64,000 nucleotides of DNA from Octopus sinensis (Eukaryota), in the NCBI RefSeq assembly GCF_006345805.1, contig NC_043007.1, positions 56,482,001-56,546,000 of the forward strand. Reading direction: 5' to 3'. This document shows, piece by piece, positions 13,809-26,351 of this stretch. Under the pieces are notes generated by a model. That model had not been told where the DNA came from and made no database searches. It saw nothing but the letters and a program-made list of their open reading frames with translations. The translations under genes were made by a program, and so were the position numbers. The number at the start of each line of letters is the position of its first letter. Position 1 is the stretch's first letter.

Positions 13809-13870
<62 letters not shown>
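13680..13870. repeat. (TA)n-dominated compound microsatellite
   Basis: Direct reading. Confidence 0.95.
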
Positions 13871-13872
<2 letters not shown>

Positions 13873-14059
13873 TGAGACTGTTCAATTATGAGTCCATCTG
13901 GTGGGCTTGTACAGAGTATCCCTTTATCTAATGTCCTTCACGTCTCCTAACTACTCCCTCATGATTACATTTAAACACACACACACACATACACACACGC
14001 ACACACACGCACGCACACACACAGCAGAATGAATATCTAGGTACTCCGTCCCCAATAAA

Positions 14060-14700
14060 ATAAAATTGACTTTATCCAATATGGATGATTATTCAATATT
14101 CTAATTCGTCTGTCTTCGATCTCACAAATGTATAAAGGAAGGCATTAAATTCAATTATGTAAAACATTGAATTTCTCTGATAATGGAATGGATGAGACTA
14201 TTTTTAACAAGGCTTTGATTTATCTTAATAACCTGATCCCAAATTTATGCAGGGATCAGGACATTTTCTTCAGCGCTAGCGACAGCACCAGAGTGATTCT
14301 ATATGGTCGCCTGAACTGCAAAAAAGTATCAATCCAATCTCCCTCAGTCCCTACCTATTGTTTAGGAACCTATCCAACCTATTGTTTTAGAAAAGGTACA
14401 TAGACAGTTGTAGTCGTTGTACATCTACCTAAAAACGCCAAATTGGTCATCTTTGTAATACCTTAGTTCATAGGTTAGGTCTACCCAACCCGAGATGATC
14501 TAGAGCTGTCATTCTCAGACAAAGGGAAATATCCGAAACGTTACACCCTTCACAGCAAATAAACTTTATCACTATTAATTATGGTTCCCCGTATTGTAAT
14601 TGGCGCCATGAAATAAAGGAAACGTATTCTAAACATAAAGCGATATCGCTGATTCATCTCACCAAGTATATGCATACTAATTTGCTCAACACGGTTTAAC
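14060..14700 (+). mobile_element. Degenerate Penelope RT remnant
   Basis: Fragments SFDLTNV, RDQDIF, CFRKGT*T and GKYPKR appear in PLE RT motif order (FDVxSLFTNV, YVDDIF, VYRKPT, NGYP). Confidence 0.4.
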
Positions 14701-16195
14701 TACTGATTTCCAAAACGACAGCAGACCTTCATACTTATAATGGAAACTCTCGGTGTCTTTTTTCATATTCATTAGTCAGAGGACTTCAGGAAGGTCTCAT
14801 GCGTTTGCTTTGTTTTTACTTCTGTTTTTCTTTATCCTCTCTATATGATTACCTTAATGCCGTTGATGTTGACGTTGAATTTCTGTGAAACAGTTGCGGA
14901 GGAAAGACGTGAAGAAGTGTTCATGTGAGATCTTGATATGAGACACAGAAAATATGTTAAGAGGAAAAGAGGAAATGAGTACATTCGGTACACGTAAAGT
15001 GGGTATCGGGGACTATTATAGTAACACTTAGAGGGAACAAAATAAGATACAGCTTGAATGTAAGTTCGTGCACATGCTATGTGTATAAGTGTATGTATGT
15101 GTGATTTAAGAGGATTTACGCGGAAATAGACAAGTCTATCTCAAAAGTATCATCTGGGATGTGTGAGAGTACTTAAAATATGGGTTGTAGTTGAAGTTAT
15201 TAGAGGCCAGCAGCTGATCGGAGGCGAAATATGTTTTTTTTTGCGCCGAAAAAGAAGTTTATTCATATTATATTATGCTACAATTTCAAGGGTAGCATTC
15301 AAGCGGCTTTAGAGTATTTATTCTGGGTGATATTCATGTCCAGGAAGCCTACAGTGAGAAACTGTCTCTTGACATTTAAAGCAATTGAGTTTTGGTACTG
15401 TAGACGTAGACTAATGATCTATTTGTCACTTTTCTCCATACACTACAGAATATAAAGTGTTTTATTCCTTCCATCTCCACGAAGAAAAGTCATCCACAAA
15501 ATAAACAGCTTCTGACATAAATAAAAGAAATATTCTCCAAAAGATTCTAAAAAATTAACATAGATTGTACACCACCAAGGTATAACTGATTTACAGATTG
15601 GATATATTAATGTGGCAATTTTAGTGGTACATGGATTTGGTAAGCTCAGATCATGCTTTTTGCCCTTTCCGGAAAATTAGTTGAGAACGACAAGTAACGT
15701 AAAATAAGGGGAAAACCTATATAAAGAGTCACGTTTCTGAAAATGATTGTACTACTATTGAGGTCCAGTGTCGCAAACAATGGGAACAGCGCATAGTGAT
15801 TAAAAACTGACAAAAATAATTATCAATACTTACAAATTCTCCATCATATAATTATTGCATGATAAATAATTCTCTGGAAAATGTAAAGTTTTCACGAGAA
15901 AACAAAGAAGACTTTGGTTTTGCTTAGAATTTATTTCTCAATTAGTCAAAGTAGATTTTATTTACTTATGCATGCATCTTCTATGTTTATACAATTTTCT
16001 GTACAATTAAAGAACGGGTGATTCTGCAAAATACCAATGCAGTGATGTTGCCAAGCAATCAATAAATGTGACATGAACATTGGTGTTGTTACGTACTATT
16101 TTCCTAATTCTTATAAATATACAACCCGTCAATCACAAAATTTACGATCGCTTAATCTGAATGACTAAGCTGTATGTATATACGTATTATGAATG

Positions 16196-16231
<36 letters not shown>

Positions 16232-16235
16232 ATAC

Positions 16236-16388
16236 AAAATTATAACTTGGGGTATCTACGAGATACCACCATGCTTAAAATAACAGCCAGGATCTGACTT
16301 AGAGATCACATTAAGTGGTCTTAGAGTCAGATCCTGACCGCTATTTTCGGCATGGTGGTATCTCGTAGACACTCTAAGTTATAATTTT
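16236..16388. repeat. 153-bp near-perfect palindrome (hairpin)
   Basis: aaaattataactt..tctacgagataccaccatgc..caggatctgact / agtcagatcctg..gcatggtggtatctcgtaga..aagttataatttt. Confidence 0.9.
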
Positions 16389-16487
16389 AATAGTAATTAT
16401 TACCTTTGAAGGTTTTTATTTCCATGATGGCCACTTCATACGATCGAAATATGATTTAAATTTACAATCATATCCTTATTTATATAA

Positions 16488-16529
<42 letters not shown>

Positions 16530-16532
16530 ATA

Positions 16533-16899
16533 GGCGCAGGAGTGGCTCTGTGGTAAGTAGCTTGGGAAAGTGTCTTCTGCTATAGCCCCGGGCCGACCAA
16601 TGCTTTGTGAGTGGATTTGGTAGACGGAAACTGAAAGAAGCCCGTCGTATATATGTATATATATGTGTGTGTGCGTGTATGTTTGTGTGTCTGTGTCTGT
16701 CCCCCTAGCATTGTTTGACAACCGATGCTGGTGTGTTTACGTCCCCGTCATTTAGCGGTTCGGCAAAAGAGACCGATAGAATAAGTACTGGGCTTACAAA
16801 AGAATAAGTCCCGGGGTCAAGTTGCTCGATTAAAGGCGGTGCTCCAGCATGGCCGCAGTCAAATGACTGAAACAAGTAAAAGAGTAAAAGAGTAAAAGA
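16533..16899 (+). mobile_element. SINE family A, well preserved, small deletion in head, (GTAAAAGA)n tail
   Basis: ggcgcaggagtggctctgtggtaag head (A-box-like), cttgggaaagtgtcttc CORE-like motif, 3' aaatgactgaaacaagtaaaaga tail. Confidence 0.9.
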
Positions 16900-16954
16900 A
16901 TATATATATATACATATATAACATATATATATATATATATATATATAAATATAT

Positions 16955-17018
<64 letters not shown>

Positions 17019-17504
17019 CAACAAGAATGGATTAGTTGTTCAGTACAATTGTTTCATACGAAGAACAGATTTATTAAAAGCTGCAAAAAATGCAGCAAAT
17101 ACAAATGTCCCGTATTCATCAGCCAAAACACATATGAGTTTTCCAAACATCCTAGGGAGTGAGGCTACACTCATGAAGTATCGAATAGAGTTCTATGAAA
17201 AGCAAAAGTTAGGTAGTAAGCAGACTTAAAATGTTTTCAAATGATGTACAGTTTTATAAAAGGTATTTAAAATTATAAAATTTTTATAAAATTTTAAAAT
17301 TATTTAGAAATTTCTATCGGCTTGTTTCGAGACGCATAAATTATAATGGTTGTTGACAATTTGTCTATTTTCGGCATATTTGGGATTAGAATTTTTCTTT
17401 TGCTCTTATCTTATAAGTTACTTATAAATTTTACCTTTAAAGGTATTTTTTAATATACTGGACATTGATTAAATTTTTTTTCGAAAAAATTTTATCCTGC
17501 ATTA

Positions 17505-17605
<101 letters not shown>

Positions 17606-17806
17606 TAATGGTGTCATTGAGACCCAAAGGTGTCAGGTAATGATGAATAAGTGCTATAGACAGACCATAGTTAATTTCCAGATTCGGTAATATTTCGAAT
17701 AAAGGGTTCAACGTTGGTTCCTTGTCAGCGTGTGTATATAAGAATATTTTGCGTAATAAGATAAAAACCAAGGCTGTATAGATATTAGAGCATTTATAGA
17801 TAGAAG

Positions 17807-17858
17807 GTCTTACAGCTGTTTCCAGGACATTTATTTATTATATCCTTTCGTCGGGGAC
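17807..17858 (-). ncRNA. Minimal type I hammerhead motif, U4C core variant
   Basis: Minus: gtcc-CCGACGA-a-aggatat..atgtcct-g-GAAA-cagctg-TA-agac; palindromic stem III ACAGCTGT. Confidence 0.55.
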
Positions 17859-18277
17859 AGTGTGAGAGGACAAATTAAGTCATAGTTAGTTTCGATGTGA
17901 TGCAAAATAGAAAGTGAGGTGGGGGACAGAAAATAGATGTAAGATATGTATGGGTGTTGAATTTGTAAATCCGTTTTATAGGCATAATGGTATATATGCA
18001 ATATTCCAATATCCTTTGAGTAAAATCCAAAAGTCCAACAGAGTTTAATATGAGTCCATCAAAATATAGAGTTTATAAGCAATGTAAGATTCCCTTATGA
18101 GTGAGATTCGGCAGATTTTTTTAATTTGGTCATTCCCAGTAGGGAGTTTATATAGTGTTTCTCTCCTTTTTCTCTTTATTTCATTCCTCTCTTCCTGTTT
18201 TCAATTTAACCATACTAATACACGCCCTATTTTGTATCACATCGAAACTAACTATGACTTAATTTGTCCTCTCACAC

Positions 18278-18331
18278 TGTCTCCGACGAAGGGATATTAT
18301 TAATTACTATCCTAGAAACAGCTGTAAGACA
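18278..18331 (+). ncRNA. Minimal type I hammerhead motif, U4C core variant
   Basis: tgtct-CCGACGA-a-gggata..tatcct-a-GAAA-cagctg-TA-agaca; stem I tgtct/agaca; GUA triplet. Confidence 0.6.
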
Positions 18332-18397
18332 TTCTATCTATAAATGCTCTAATATCTATAAAGCCTTGGTTTTTTATCTTATTACGCAAAAAAGTTA

Positions 18398-18444
<47 letters not shown>

Positions 18445-18453
18445 CACGCATAC

Positions 18454-18488
<35 letters not shown>

Positions 18489-18490
18489 AT

Positions 18491-18705
18491 AATATTAGGG
18501 AATACATCCAAACTTACAGAGAAAAATTAGATTTAGGATTAAATCCAATTTTATAGTATAAATATATTATATTATATTATATTAAATTAGAGATAAAACC
18601 ACTATTAGGCAAATCAAACAGTGAAAAACATAAGCCAATACATAAAATTAATTTAAAAATATAAAAGTTAAAAATAAAAAATTATTTAAATAATTTAAAC
18701 TTATA

Positions 18706-18738
<33 letters not shown>

Positions 18739-18915
18739 CAAATATATATATATATATGTATGTAAGTATATTTTTATATTTATATATTATTTTATTTATC
18801 AATTTATTTTTTTTATTATTTTTTTATTTTCTTAAATATATTTTATGTATTGGCTTATGTTTTTCATTGTTTTATTTGCCTAATAGTGGTTTTATCTCTA
18901 ATTTAATATAATATA
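18491..18915. repeat. AT-rich dispersed fold-back repeat (second copy at 37382-37525)
   Basis: aatattagggaata..ccaaacttacag shared with 37382; attaaattagagataaaaccactattaggc inverted at ~18875-18910. Confidence 0.8.
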
Positions 18916-18949
18916 TATATATATAATATATATGCATATTCTTTTTTGT

Positions 18950-19140
18950 TTTATTCTTGTATTTATTTCAGGAATTTGACTGCGATCATACTGGAGCACC
19001 GCCTTTAGTTGAAAGACGTATTCTTTGTAAGTCTAGTCCTTATTCTATCGGTCTCTTTTGTCGAACACCTAGGTTACGGGGATGTAAACACACCAAGATG
19101 CGTTGTGAAGCGATGGTGGGGTCAAACGCTGACACACAAA
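18950..19140 (-). mobile_element. SINE family A, 3' half
   Basis: catactggagcaccgccttta..ttattctatcggtctcttttgtcgaac..ttacggggatgtaaac. Confidence 0.85.
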
Positions 19141-19173
19141 TACATACATACACACACACGCACAGACACACAT

Positions 19174-19204
<31 letters not shown>

Positions 19205-19339
19205 CATACATACATACATATACATATATATGTAGGTATATATATGTATATATATATAGATAGATAGATAGATACACATAAATACACATACACACGCACA
19301 CACACACACAGCTCAAAAGCAAATAGACACCTCTCGTTA

Positions 19340-19700
19340 TGCCGTTATTAATGTCTTATTATTTTCATTTCAATAGCCAGATTTATAGAGATGCCTCACA
19401 GAAGTTTTCAACTCCATATGGAGTTGCTCTGCAGCATCAGCGGCCTTGCAATGGGGATTATTTTCAACAATACGCTTGATGACTGCCCGAAGGTATTGTC
19501 AGAGGGCTCAAGTTGATCTAAACAGGATGCTGTTGATTCCTTTCCTTTGCTGGTGAGTTGTACAACCATTTTGTTAACTATGGCAATACAAATTCCAAGG
19601 TTTAGTGCAGTCTTATGCTGGCGAAGTCCAGCTTCAGATCGACTCACAATACGCCCCATTTGGATATCAAACTTTTGCTTCTGAAGTACCAGGTAAGTCC
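19340..19700 (-). mobile_element. Tc1-like transposase N-terminal (HTH) remnant
   Basis: MGRIVSRSEAGLRQHKTALNLGICIAIVNKMV, then frameshifted IVENNPHCKAADAAEQLHMELKTSVRHLYKSGY. Confidence 0.65.
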
Positions 19701-19880
19701 GCACACATAAAATGATATAATGGGGGAGGGGTTGTTTTTTCTTATGATGTACGCCTGTGTGTGTGTATTATACCATATTATATTATATTATATTATATTA
19801 TATTATATTATATTATATCATATTATATCATATTATATTATATCACAGTATATTATATTATGTTATATTACATACATTAA

Positions 19881-20345
19881 ACGCAAGCGTGGGTGGATGG
19901 TAAGACGCTTGGTTCCCAACAATACGGTTCCGGGTTCAGTCCCAATCCGTGGCACCTTCGGCTGGTGTTTTCTACTATAGCATCGGGCTGACCAAAGCCT
20001 TGTGAGTGGATTTGGTACACGGAAAATATTTATATATATTTGTGTGTGTGTGTGTGTGTGTGGTGTGTTTTGTGTGTGTGTGTGTGTGTGTAGTGTTAGT
20101 ATGTGTGTGTGTATATATAGAAAGATATATTGTGTGTGTGTGTGTTTGTACTCCCGCTGTCGCTTGACAACTGCCGCTAGTGTATTTATGTCACCGTAAC
20201 TTATCGGGTTGGCAAACGAGACCGATAGAATAAGTACGAGGCTTACCAAAAATAAGTCCTTGGGACGATTTCTTCAGCTCAAACCCTTTAAGGCGGTGTG
20301 GTGCTCCAGCATGCCGCAGGTAAATGACTGAAACAAGTATAAGAA
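19881..20345 (+). mobile_element. SINE family A, full length with expanded central microsatellite
   Basis: tggtaag..gttccgggttcagtcccaatccgtggcacct..; 3' ggtgctccagcatg..aaatgactgaaacaagta. Confidence 0.9.
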
Positions 20346-20782
20346 TAATCGAAAAGAATAATCCTTAAGTTCAATAATGTTTATTGATGACGATAGTGTT
20401 TTAATGTCTTGAAACATTGATAGACTTGTTACTTCCAAAGCATTCAAGATTAATAAAGAAATTTGCAAAATCGATAAAATGATTAAAATCAGAGAGTTGT
20501 GTTTCCGAAATAATATGCTTGAGTAAAAAAGGAAAAAAAGCTGTTCCCTATACACAGATACGTAAAGACATGCGTAGACACGTTTCACTATGCAGTGGTA
20601 ATACAAGAAGATATTAATGGGAACCTTCAGATTGCTATGATTCCTTACATTTAAATGTAGTTGACATTAAATTAGTTGACATTAAAGAAAAGAGAACCTT
20701 TTTTATTGTTGCCATTTTGGTTTCATTTTTCCTCCAGAATGAAGAGCATTTTATTATTATTAAAATATATTCGAGTTCTATT

Positions 20783-20997
20783 TTGGTTTCAAATTTTGGC
20801 ACAAGGCCAGCAATTTCTGAGGAGGGGCAAACCGATTACAACGACCCCATTGCTCAACCTGTATTTATTTTATTGACCCCTAAAGGATGAAAGGCAAAGT
20901 CAACCCTGGCGGCATTTGCACCCAGAACGTAAAGTCAAAAGAAATGCTGCTAAAAATTCTGTTCGACGCGGTAACAATTCTGCCAGCTCGCCGCCTT
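20783..20997 (-). mobile_element. tRNA-head SINE family B
   Basis: Reverse complement of ggcggcgagctggcagaa..ttctg..ctttgcctttcatcc. Confidence 0.85.
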
Positions 20998-22002
20998 TAT
21001 TGGAGTTTTATATTGACACTAGTATTAAGTAATATTTCTAGCCTTCGTAATGGGAACTCTTTTCCCATTACGAAGGCTAAAAGTAGAAGGTTTTGTGATA
21101 GTTATTCAGGTCACTTTATGCTAAAATCTTTCAGGTTCAACTCTGCCTTTAAAGCAGTTGGAATTGGTCACATTTGAACTAGTGAATAAGTAGAATCAAT
21201 ACAATCGATCATACACCACTTCCACTAATTTGTTGTCTAATGACAATGTTATATCCAAAATTAAATCTAACACGAAGAGCAGGCTGCCAAATATATAGAG
21301 ACAGAAAATTGCAGATAGTCTTAAACACCGGTGACTAGCCAGATAGAGAGAGACAGAGACATCAGAGGAGATATATGGCGACACAGTAGAAAATAAATAA
21401 ATGGAGAGACGTATGGGAAGCTAGCTAGATAGATTGATGGATAAGGGTATCAAAGAAGATAGGCAGAGACGGAGATAGGCTGATAGAACAGTAGACGGAT
21501 TGTGAAAATAAGTGTGAGATGCAGAGCAGAAAAATTATAAGGAGAAACAGAATAGGCAGGAAGAAATAGACAGGGATACATAGTTAATTAAAATAAACAT
21601 ATCAATTCCGACCACATCCTACCAAGCCCAGTATGGAACATATCAGGACGTGTGACCCATCGTTACCTATTTCCTTTCAACATAACAATATAGGATTTCT
21701 TCTATGACAAATTCTTTACTCGTAGAACATTATCAGTAACATACATAGACAGGTATCACAAAAAATATCATTCCAATTAGTATTAAGCTTCAGTCATCTA
21801 GTGACAGGTGTGTATCAGATATTCACAGCGATTGCAATTTGATTCCAGTTCTAACTTCAACATGAGGCTCTGTTTGACTTCTGTTTTGACACTGATAAGA
21901 AGGGGAAAACATTTCCATCTATTACATTCGCTCACCCGTTCACATATTTTGACATATTTCTCTCACACATGTATAGAATGAAATAAATTTTTTTTAAATA
22001 GT

Positions 22003-22200
22003 GGCGGTGAGCTGGCAGAAACGTTAGTACGCCGGGCGAAACAGCGGTATTTCGTCTGTCTTTGTGTTCTGAGTTCAAATTCCGCCTTTCACCCATTAGG
22101 GGTCGAAAAATTAAGTACCAGTTGCATACTGGGGTCGATCTAATCGACTGGCCCACTCCCCAAAGATTTCGGACCTTGCACCTAGAATAGAAAAGAATAT
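22003..22200 (+). mobile_element. SINE family B
   Basis: ggcggtgagctggcagaaacgttag..gttctgagttcaaattcc (B-box-like)..ggggtcgatctaatcgac. Confidence 0.9.
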
Positions 22201-22503
22201 TGGCGTTTAAGTTTTTGATAGTCTTTTAAACTCTTTCTCACGTGGATGAGCTGTTGTCAGACTAATCTTGACTCATCATTTCTTTTTTTTATTGTCTCGG
22301 TGAATTTTAGAATAAATGATTATTCTTCATTAAAAGAACGATGGCTGATGGGATTGGTTCTTAGGTCTAGGCGAACACTTGTCTGGAATTTGTCTCTGAT
22401 CACAGAATTTTCAACATTTGAGATGTCATATTTTATTTGAAATAATAAGGATAGTTGGTTTATACACACACACACACGCACACGCACACACACACACACA
22501 CAC

Positions 22504-22536
<33 letters not shown>

Positions 22537-22544
22537 TCGATTCT

Positions 22545-22858
22545 ATTACTTACTTTTTCTTCTTAAGCCTTGTGTTTCTCCTGCCTTTCTCTTTTGTCGA
22601 ATTGCTAGGTTGCATAGAGGTAAACACACCGCCAACGGTTGTCTAGTGGTGGTATGGAGGACAAACACAGACTCATACACACAGATATACATATAGATAT
22701 ATATACGGCGTACTTGTTTCAGTTTCCGTCCACCAAAACCATTCACAAGGCTATGGTCGGCCAAAGGCTAAAGCAGTTGACACTTGCCGAAGGTGCCACG
22801 CAGTTGGACCGAACCCGAAATCATATGGTCGGGAAACAAGCTTCTTACCACATAGCCA

Positions 22859-22860
<2 letters not shown>
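22545..22860 (-). mobile_element. SINE family A
   Basis: tttcagtttccgtccaccaaa..ggtcggccaaaggcta..gaacccgaaatcatatggt..cttaccacatagcc. Confidence 0.85.
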
Positions 22861-22896
<36 letters not shown>

Positions 22897-23039
22897 TGTG
22901 TCTGTGTGTGTGTGTGTGTGTGTAGTGTTAGTATATGTGTGTGTATATATAGAAAGATATATTGTATAACGATATAAATTCTTAGTATTATATACATATA
23001 TTTATTTGTATGTATACAAATATAAATTTCACGTATCAA

Positions 23040-23358
23040 AAACGATTAAAGACCCCACTTCGGTCATAAAAGACCATAGGATTGCACCTAGAAAGTTCCC
23101 ATCCGCGGCATAAGTCCGGTCAAGGCTGCTTATGGAAAAACAGCAGTTGTCCAAGCATCCCAGCTTCCCCTCTCCACGTCACGGATGTTATCCAAGGAAA
23201 AGGCAAAGCCATTACAGCTTAGCACTAATGATGTCACTACTCATTTCTACAGCTGAATGAATTCGAACGACGTGAAATAAAGTATCTTGCTGAAGAGCAC
23301 AGCACAGAGCCAGGTCCGGGAATCGAACTCACTACCACATGATTGTGAGCCCGACGCT
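23040..23358 (-). mobile_element. tRNA-head SINE family C
   Basis: B-box-like gagttcgattcccgga on minus strand; central gtgaaataaagtatcttgct..agcacagcac domain. Confidence 0.65.
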
Positions 23359-23450
23359 ATTGATATATATATGTAAATATATATACACAAACATATCTAT
23401 ATGCATATACATATGCATACACACGCTTTACACACAAACACATGCATATA

Positions 23451-24350
23451 TATTGGGACGTCCCATAAATAATACGGTGTTTTTATACTTTTATTTTTCA
23501 AAATTAAGATAAACAAAGTTCTCTTTTTATCTAAAATATACTCTCCTTCATTTTCTACAATGCTCTTCCATCTATCTGGTAGACTTGCAAGGCCCTCCTT
23601 CCAAAATTCACTTGTCCGTGACGATAAACACTCCTCCAGTACTGTTCTGTCCTCGTCTACAGAAGTCATATTTTTTCCTTCGAAATGATTTTCAGGGGCA
23701 ATGTCTGGCAAATATGGTGGGCGGGGCATCGTTTCTTATTCAAACTCCTCCAGCCTTTGGAATGCCATCCTTGCTGTATATGAGCGAGCATTATCCTGAT
23801 GGAAGAACACCTTTCGTCTTGGAACCAAAGATGCTCGTTTTCCGATGGCCCGCTGGTGGTGATGAATGGTTGAATGATCGTTTCCAAGCTTCTCTGCTAG
23901 TTTGTCGACAGTTACGATGGGATTTTGTTCCACCAGGGTTTGCAGGATGTCCCCGTTGAGTTCTATAGATCCTCCAGAACGAGGTTCGTCTTCTATGCTG
24001 TAGTTTCCGGTTCGGAATTTCTGGAATCACCATTGACACTGAGTTATGCTTATTTTCCCATCCCCATATACTGCCTTAATATTCCTCGCACTTTCCGTTG
24101 CGTTGTTGCCTCTAATGAACTCCTAAAACAAAATATGCCGAATATACTCTTTTGTTACTTCAATTACAGCTTTGAAAAAATAACTGTTAAAATCGAACTG
24201 CACTCTTCAAAACTTGCACTAAGAACAACACAAAGTAAAATCACTACCTGCTTTTATAGCAAGTTGATGCAGGTAGTTTATAACGCCCCCCCCCCCCGAC
24301 TTCTATCTCATGCACTTGAAAAAACCGCATTATTTATGGTAAGACCAATA
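23451..24350 (-). mobile_element. 900-bp internally deleted mariner with both TIRs
   Basis: TIRs tattgggacgtcccataaataatacgg / ccgcattatttatggtaagaccaata with TA ends; HQDNARSYT, PYLPDIAP, LPDRWKSIVENEGEY. Confidence 0.92.
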
Positions 24351-24709
24351 TGTGTACATGATCATATATACATAAAATGCACGTATGTTTGTGTGAGGTG
24401 CGCGCGCGCATTGCTATTTACGATAAACAAGCTATCATCTTGCCACCACAACTCTCCCTTTCCACCTGTCACTTCTCACTCCCATTCATTGTATCTTTAG
24501 ACTCTCACCTTCTCTCCTCTATATAGTCTCTCTTCCTCTTTTCTGTCACTGCTAATAGTTTGTTTTGTTTGTCGCCTTATACCTAAGTTGAAAACCCTCT
24601 GATAGCTGTTTTAGTGAAGGTTGTTTATGATATTTATTTATTTAATATTTACTCTCAGCCTCTTTGCTTTACTTTGTCTTCTACACTTTCAATTACCTTC
24701 TCGACGCTT

Positions 24710-24718
24710 GAAGAAGAA

Positions 24719-24749
<31 letters not shown>

Positions 24750-24800
24750 AAGAAGAAGAAGAAGAAGAAGAAGAAGAAGAAGAAGAAGAAGAAGAAGAAT
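24710..24800. repeat. (AAG)n microsatellite
   Basis: Direct reading. Confidence 0.97.
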
Positions 24801-24959
24801 ACGACGATGGGGATAGCTCCGGGCTAAATAACAACATGGATTACACAACGAATTTAATGTAACGTAGGTGCAATTGAAAGAACACTTCGCACTAAATCTC
24901 GCAATAGATCCTCGCATCCATTATATCTGACTGAATGTACAACCGAACGATATCCTTCC

Positions 24960-26095
24960 ACAAGCTCAAAAAGGTTGTAAAAGAAATTCCTATGGGTGCA
25001 AATACCAATTCCTCATCAATAGAATGATTTTAGAAAATTGCCGGAGCAAAAGCAAGAACTTGCGTACAACATAGATAGACTACAGGAAAGCGTTTGATAG
25101 AGCCCTACTCAAGATTCTTACAAAATAGCATGATTAAGTGGAACACATACCTCTTTCTAAACTATAGTAATGGGATAAAACCATTACTATAGTTTCAAGA
25201 AGAGAAGAAAATATGTTGCAAGGGCTCATGCGACTGTAAAGATCAGCTACTGATCAATAAAGCCGTAACTGAACACAGCCTCAGAAAGAAGAAGGGTCTA
25301 AGTATGGCTTAGATCGATTACTGAAAGGCTTCTGATAGAATTCCCCATACATGGATCCTAGAAACACTAACAGGGCAGGATAATAGTCATAAAATATATA
25401 AAACATTCCATGAATAAATGACAGACAGTGCTATAGCTCTAGACAAAAGAGGGACTCATAAAAACCAGAACCACCCCCATTAGATGTGGAATATTCCAGG
25501 GAGACGCGCTCTTTTCACTCCTTTTCTGCTTGGCACTGACACCTTTATCTGATATGCTAAACAGAACGGGATGTGGATACAACCAACTCTTGCATATGGA
25601 TGGTCTAAAACTGTACGCTACAAATGATAAACAGTTGGAAACATTACTAGAGACATACAAATACTTAGGAATCAATGAACTAGATACGATACAACACGCA
25701 CAAATGAAAGAGAAGATAAGAAAAGAATACTATAGACGAGTTAGATTAATACTGAAAACAGAGCTCAATGCGAAAAATCAAGAGAATAGGTATGAACACT
25801 ATAGCCGTCCCATTTACAAGTTACAGTTACAATATTCTTAACTAGACTCTAAATGAACTAATAAAAATAGAGAGGAAAACAAGAAAAATAATGACAGGAC
25901 TTAAGATGCACCACCCAAAATCTGACATAGGTTATAAGTACAACGTATAGCTACAGAACACGAACAAAGCAAAAAACTCTTTGTAGACTTTAAGGAAGCT
26001 GACAAATACAAAAAGTTATACTACCTAATAACTATGAAGAAAAAGAAGAAATAACAAAAGCTGTAAAACCACAGAAATGCAAACTAAAACTGAAA
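24960..26095 (+). mobile_element. R4/Dong-clade LINE remnant with multiple internal deletions
   Basis: GIFQGDALFSLLFCLAL, HMDGLKLY, IRKEYYRRVRLILKTELN, MHHPKSDI; homologous to 54105-58067. Confidence 0.88.
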
Positions 26096-26099
26096 ATGA

Positions 26100-26258
26100 A
26101 ATTTGGGGGAGGGGGATAGTCGAATTCATCAATCCCAGTGTTTCACTGGGTTCTTAATTTATCGACCTCGGCGGAATTCAAACTCACAACATAGCGACGG
26201 TCGAAGTACCGCTAAGCATTTCGTCCATCGCGCTAACGATTGTGCCAGCTCGCCGCCT
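26100..26258 (-). mobile_element. SINE family B
   Basis: cggaattcaaactc..gctaagcatttcgtcc..gctaacgattgtgccagctcgccgcct. Confidence 0.85.
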
Positions 26259-26272
26259 TAATAATAATAATA

Positions 26273-26316
<44 letters not shown>

Positions 26317-26351
26317 TAATAATAATAATAATAATGATAATAATAATAAAA

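Noticed and set aside
16533-16620. tRNA-like A/B boxes at SINE heads throughout the window
   Set aside because: No cloverleaf or anticodon arm; these are SINE promoters, not tRNA genes.
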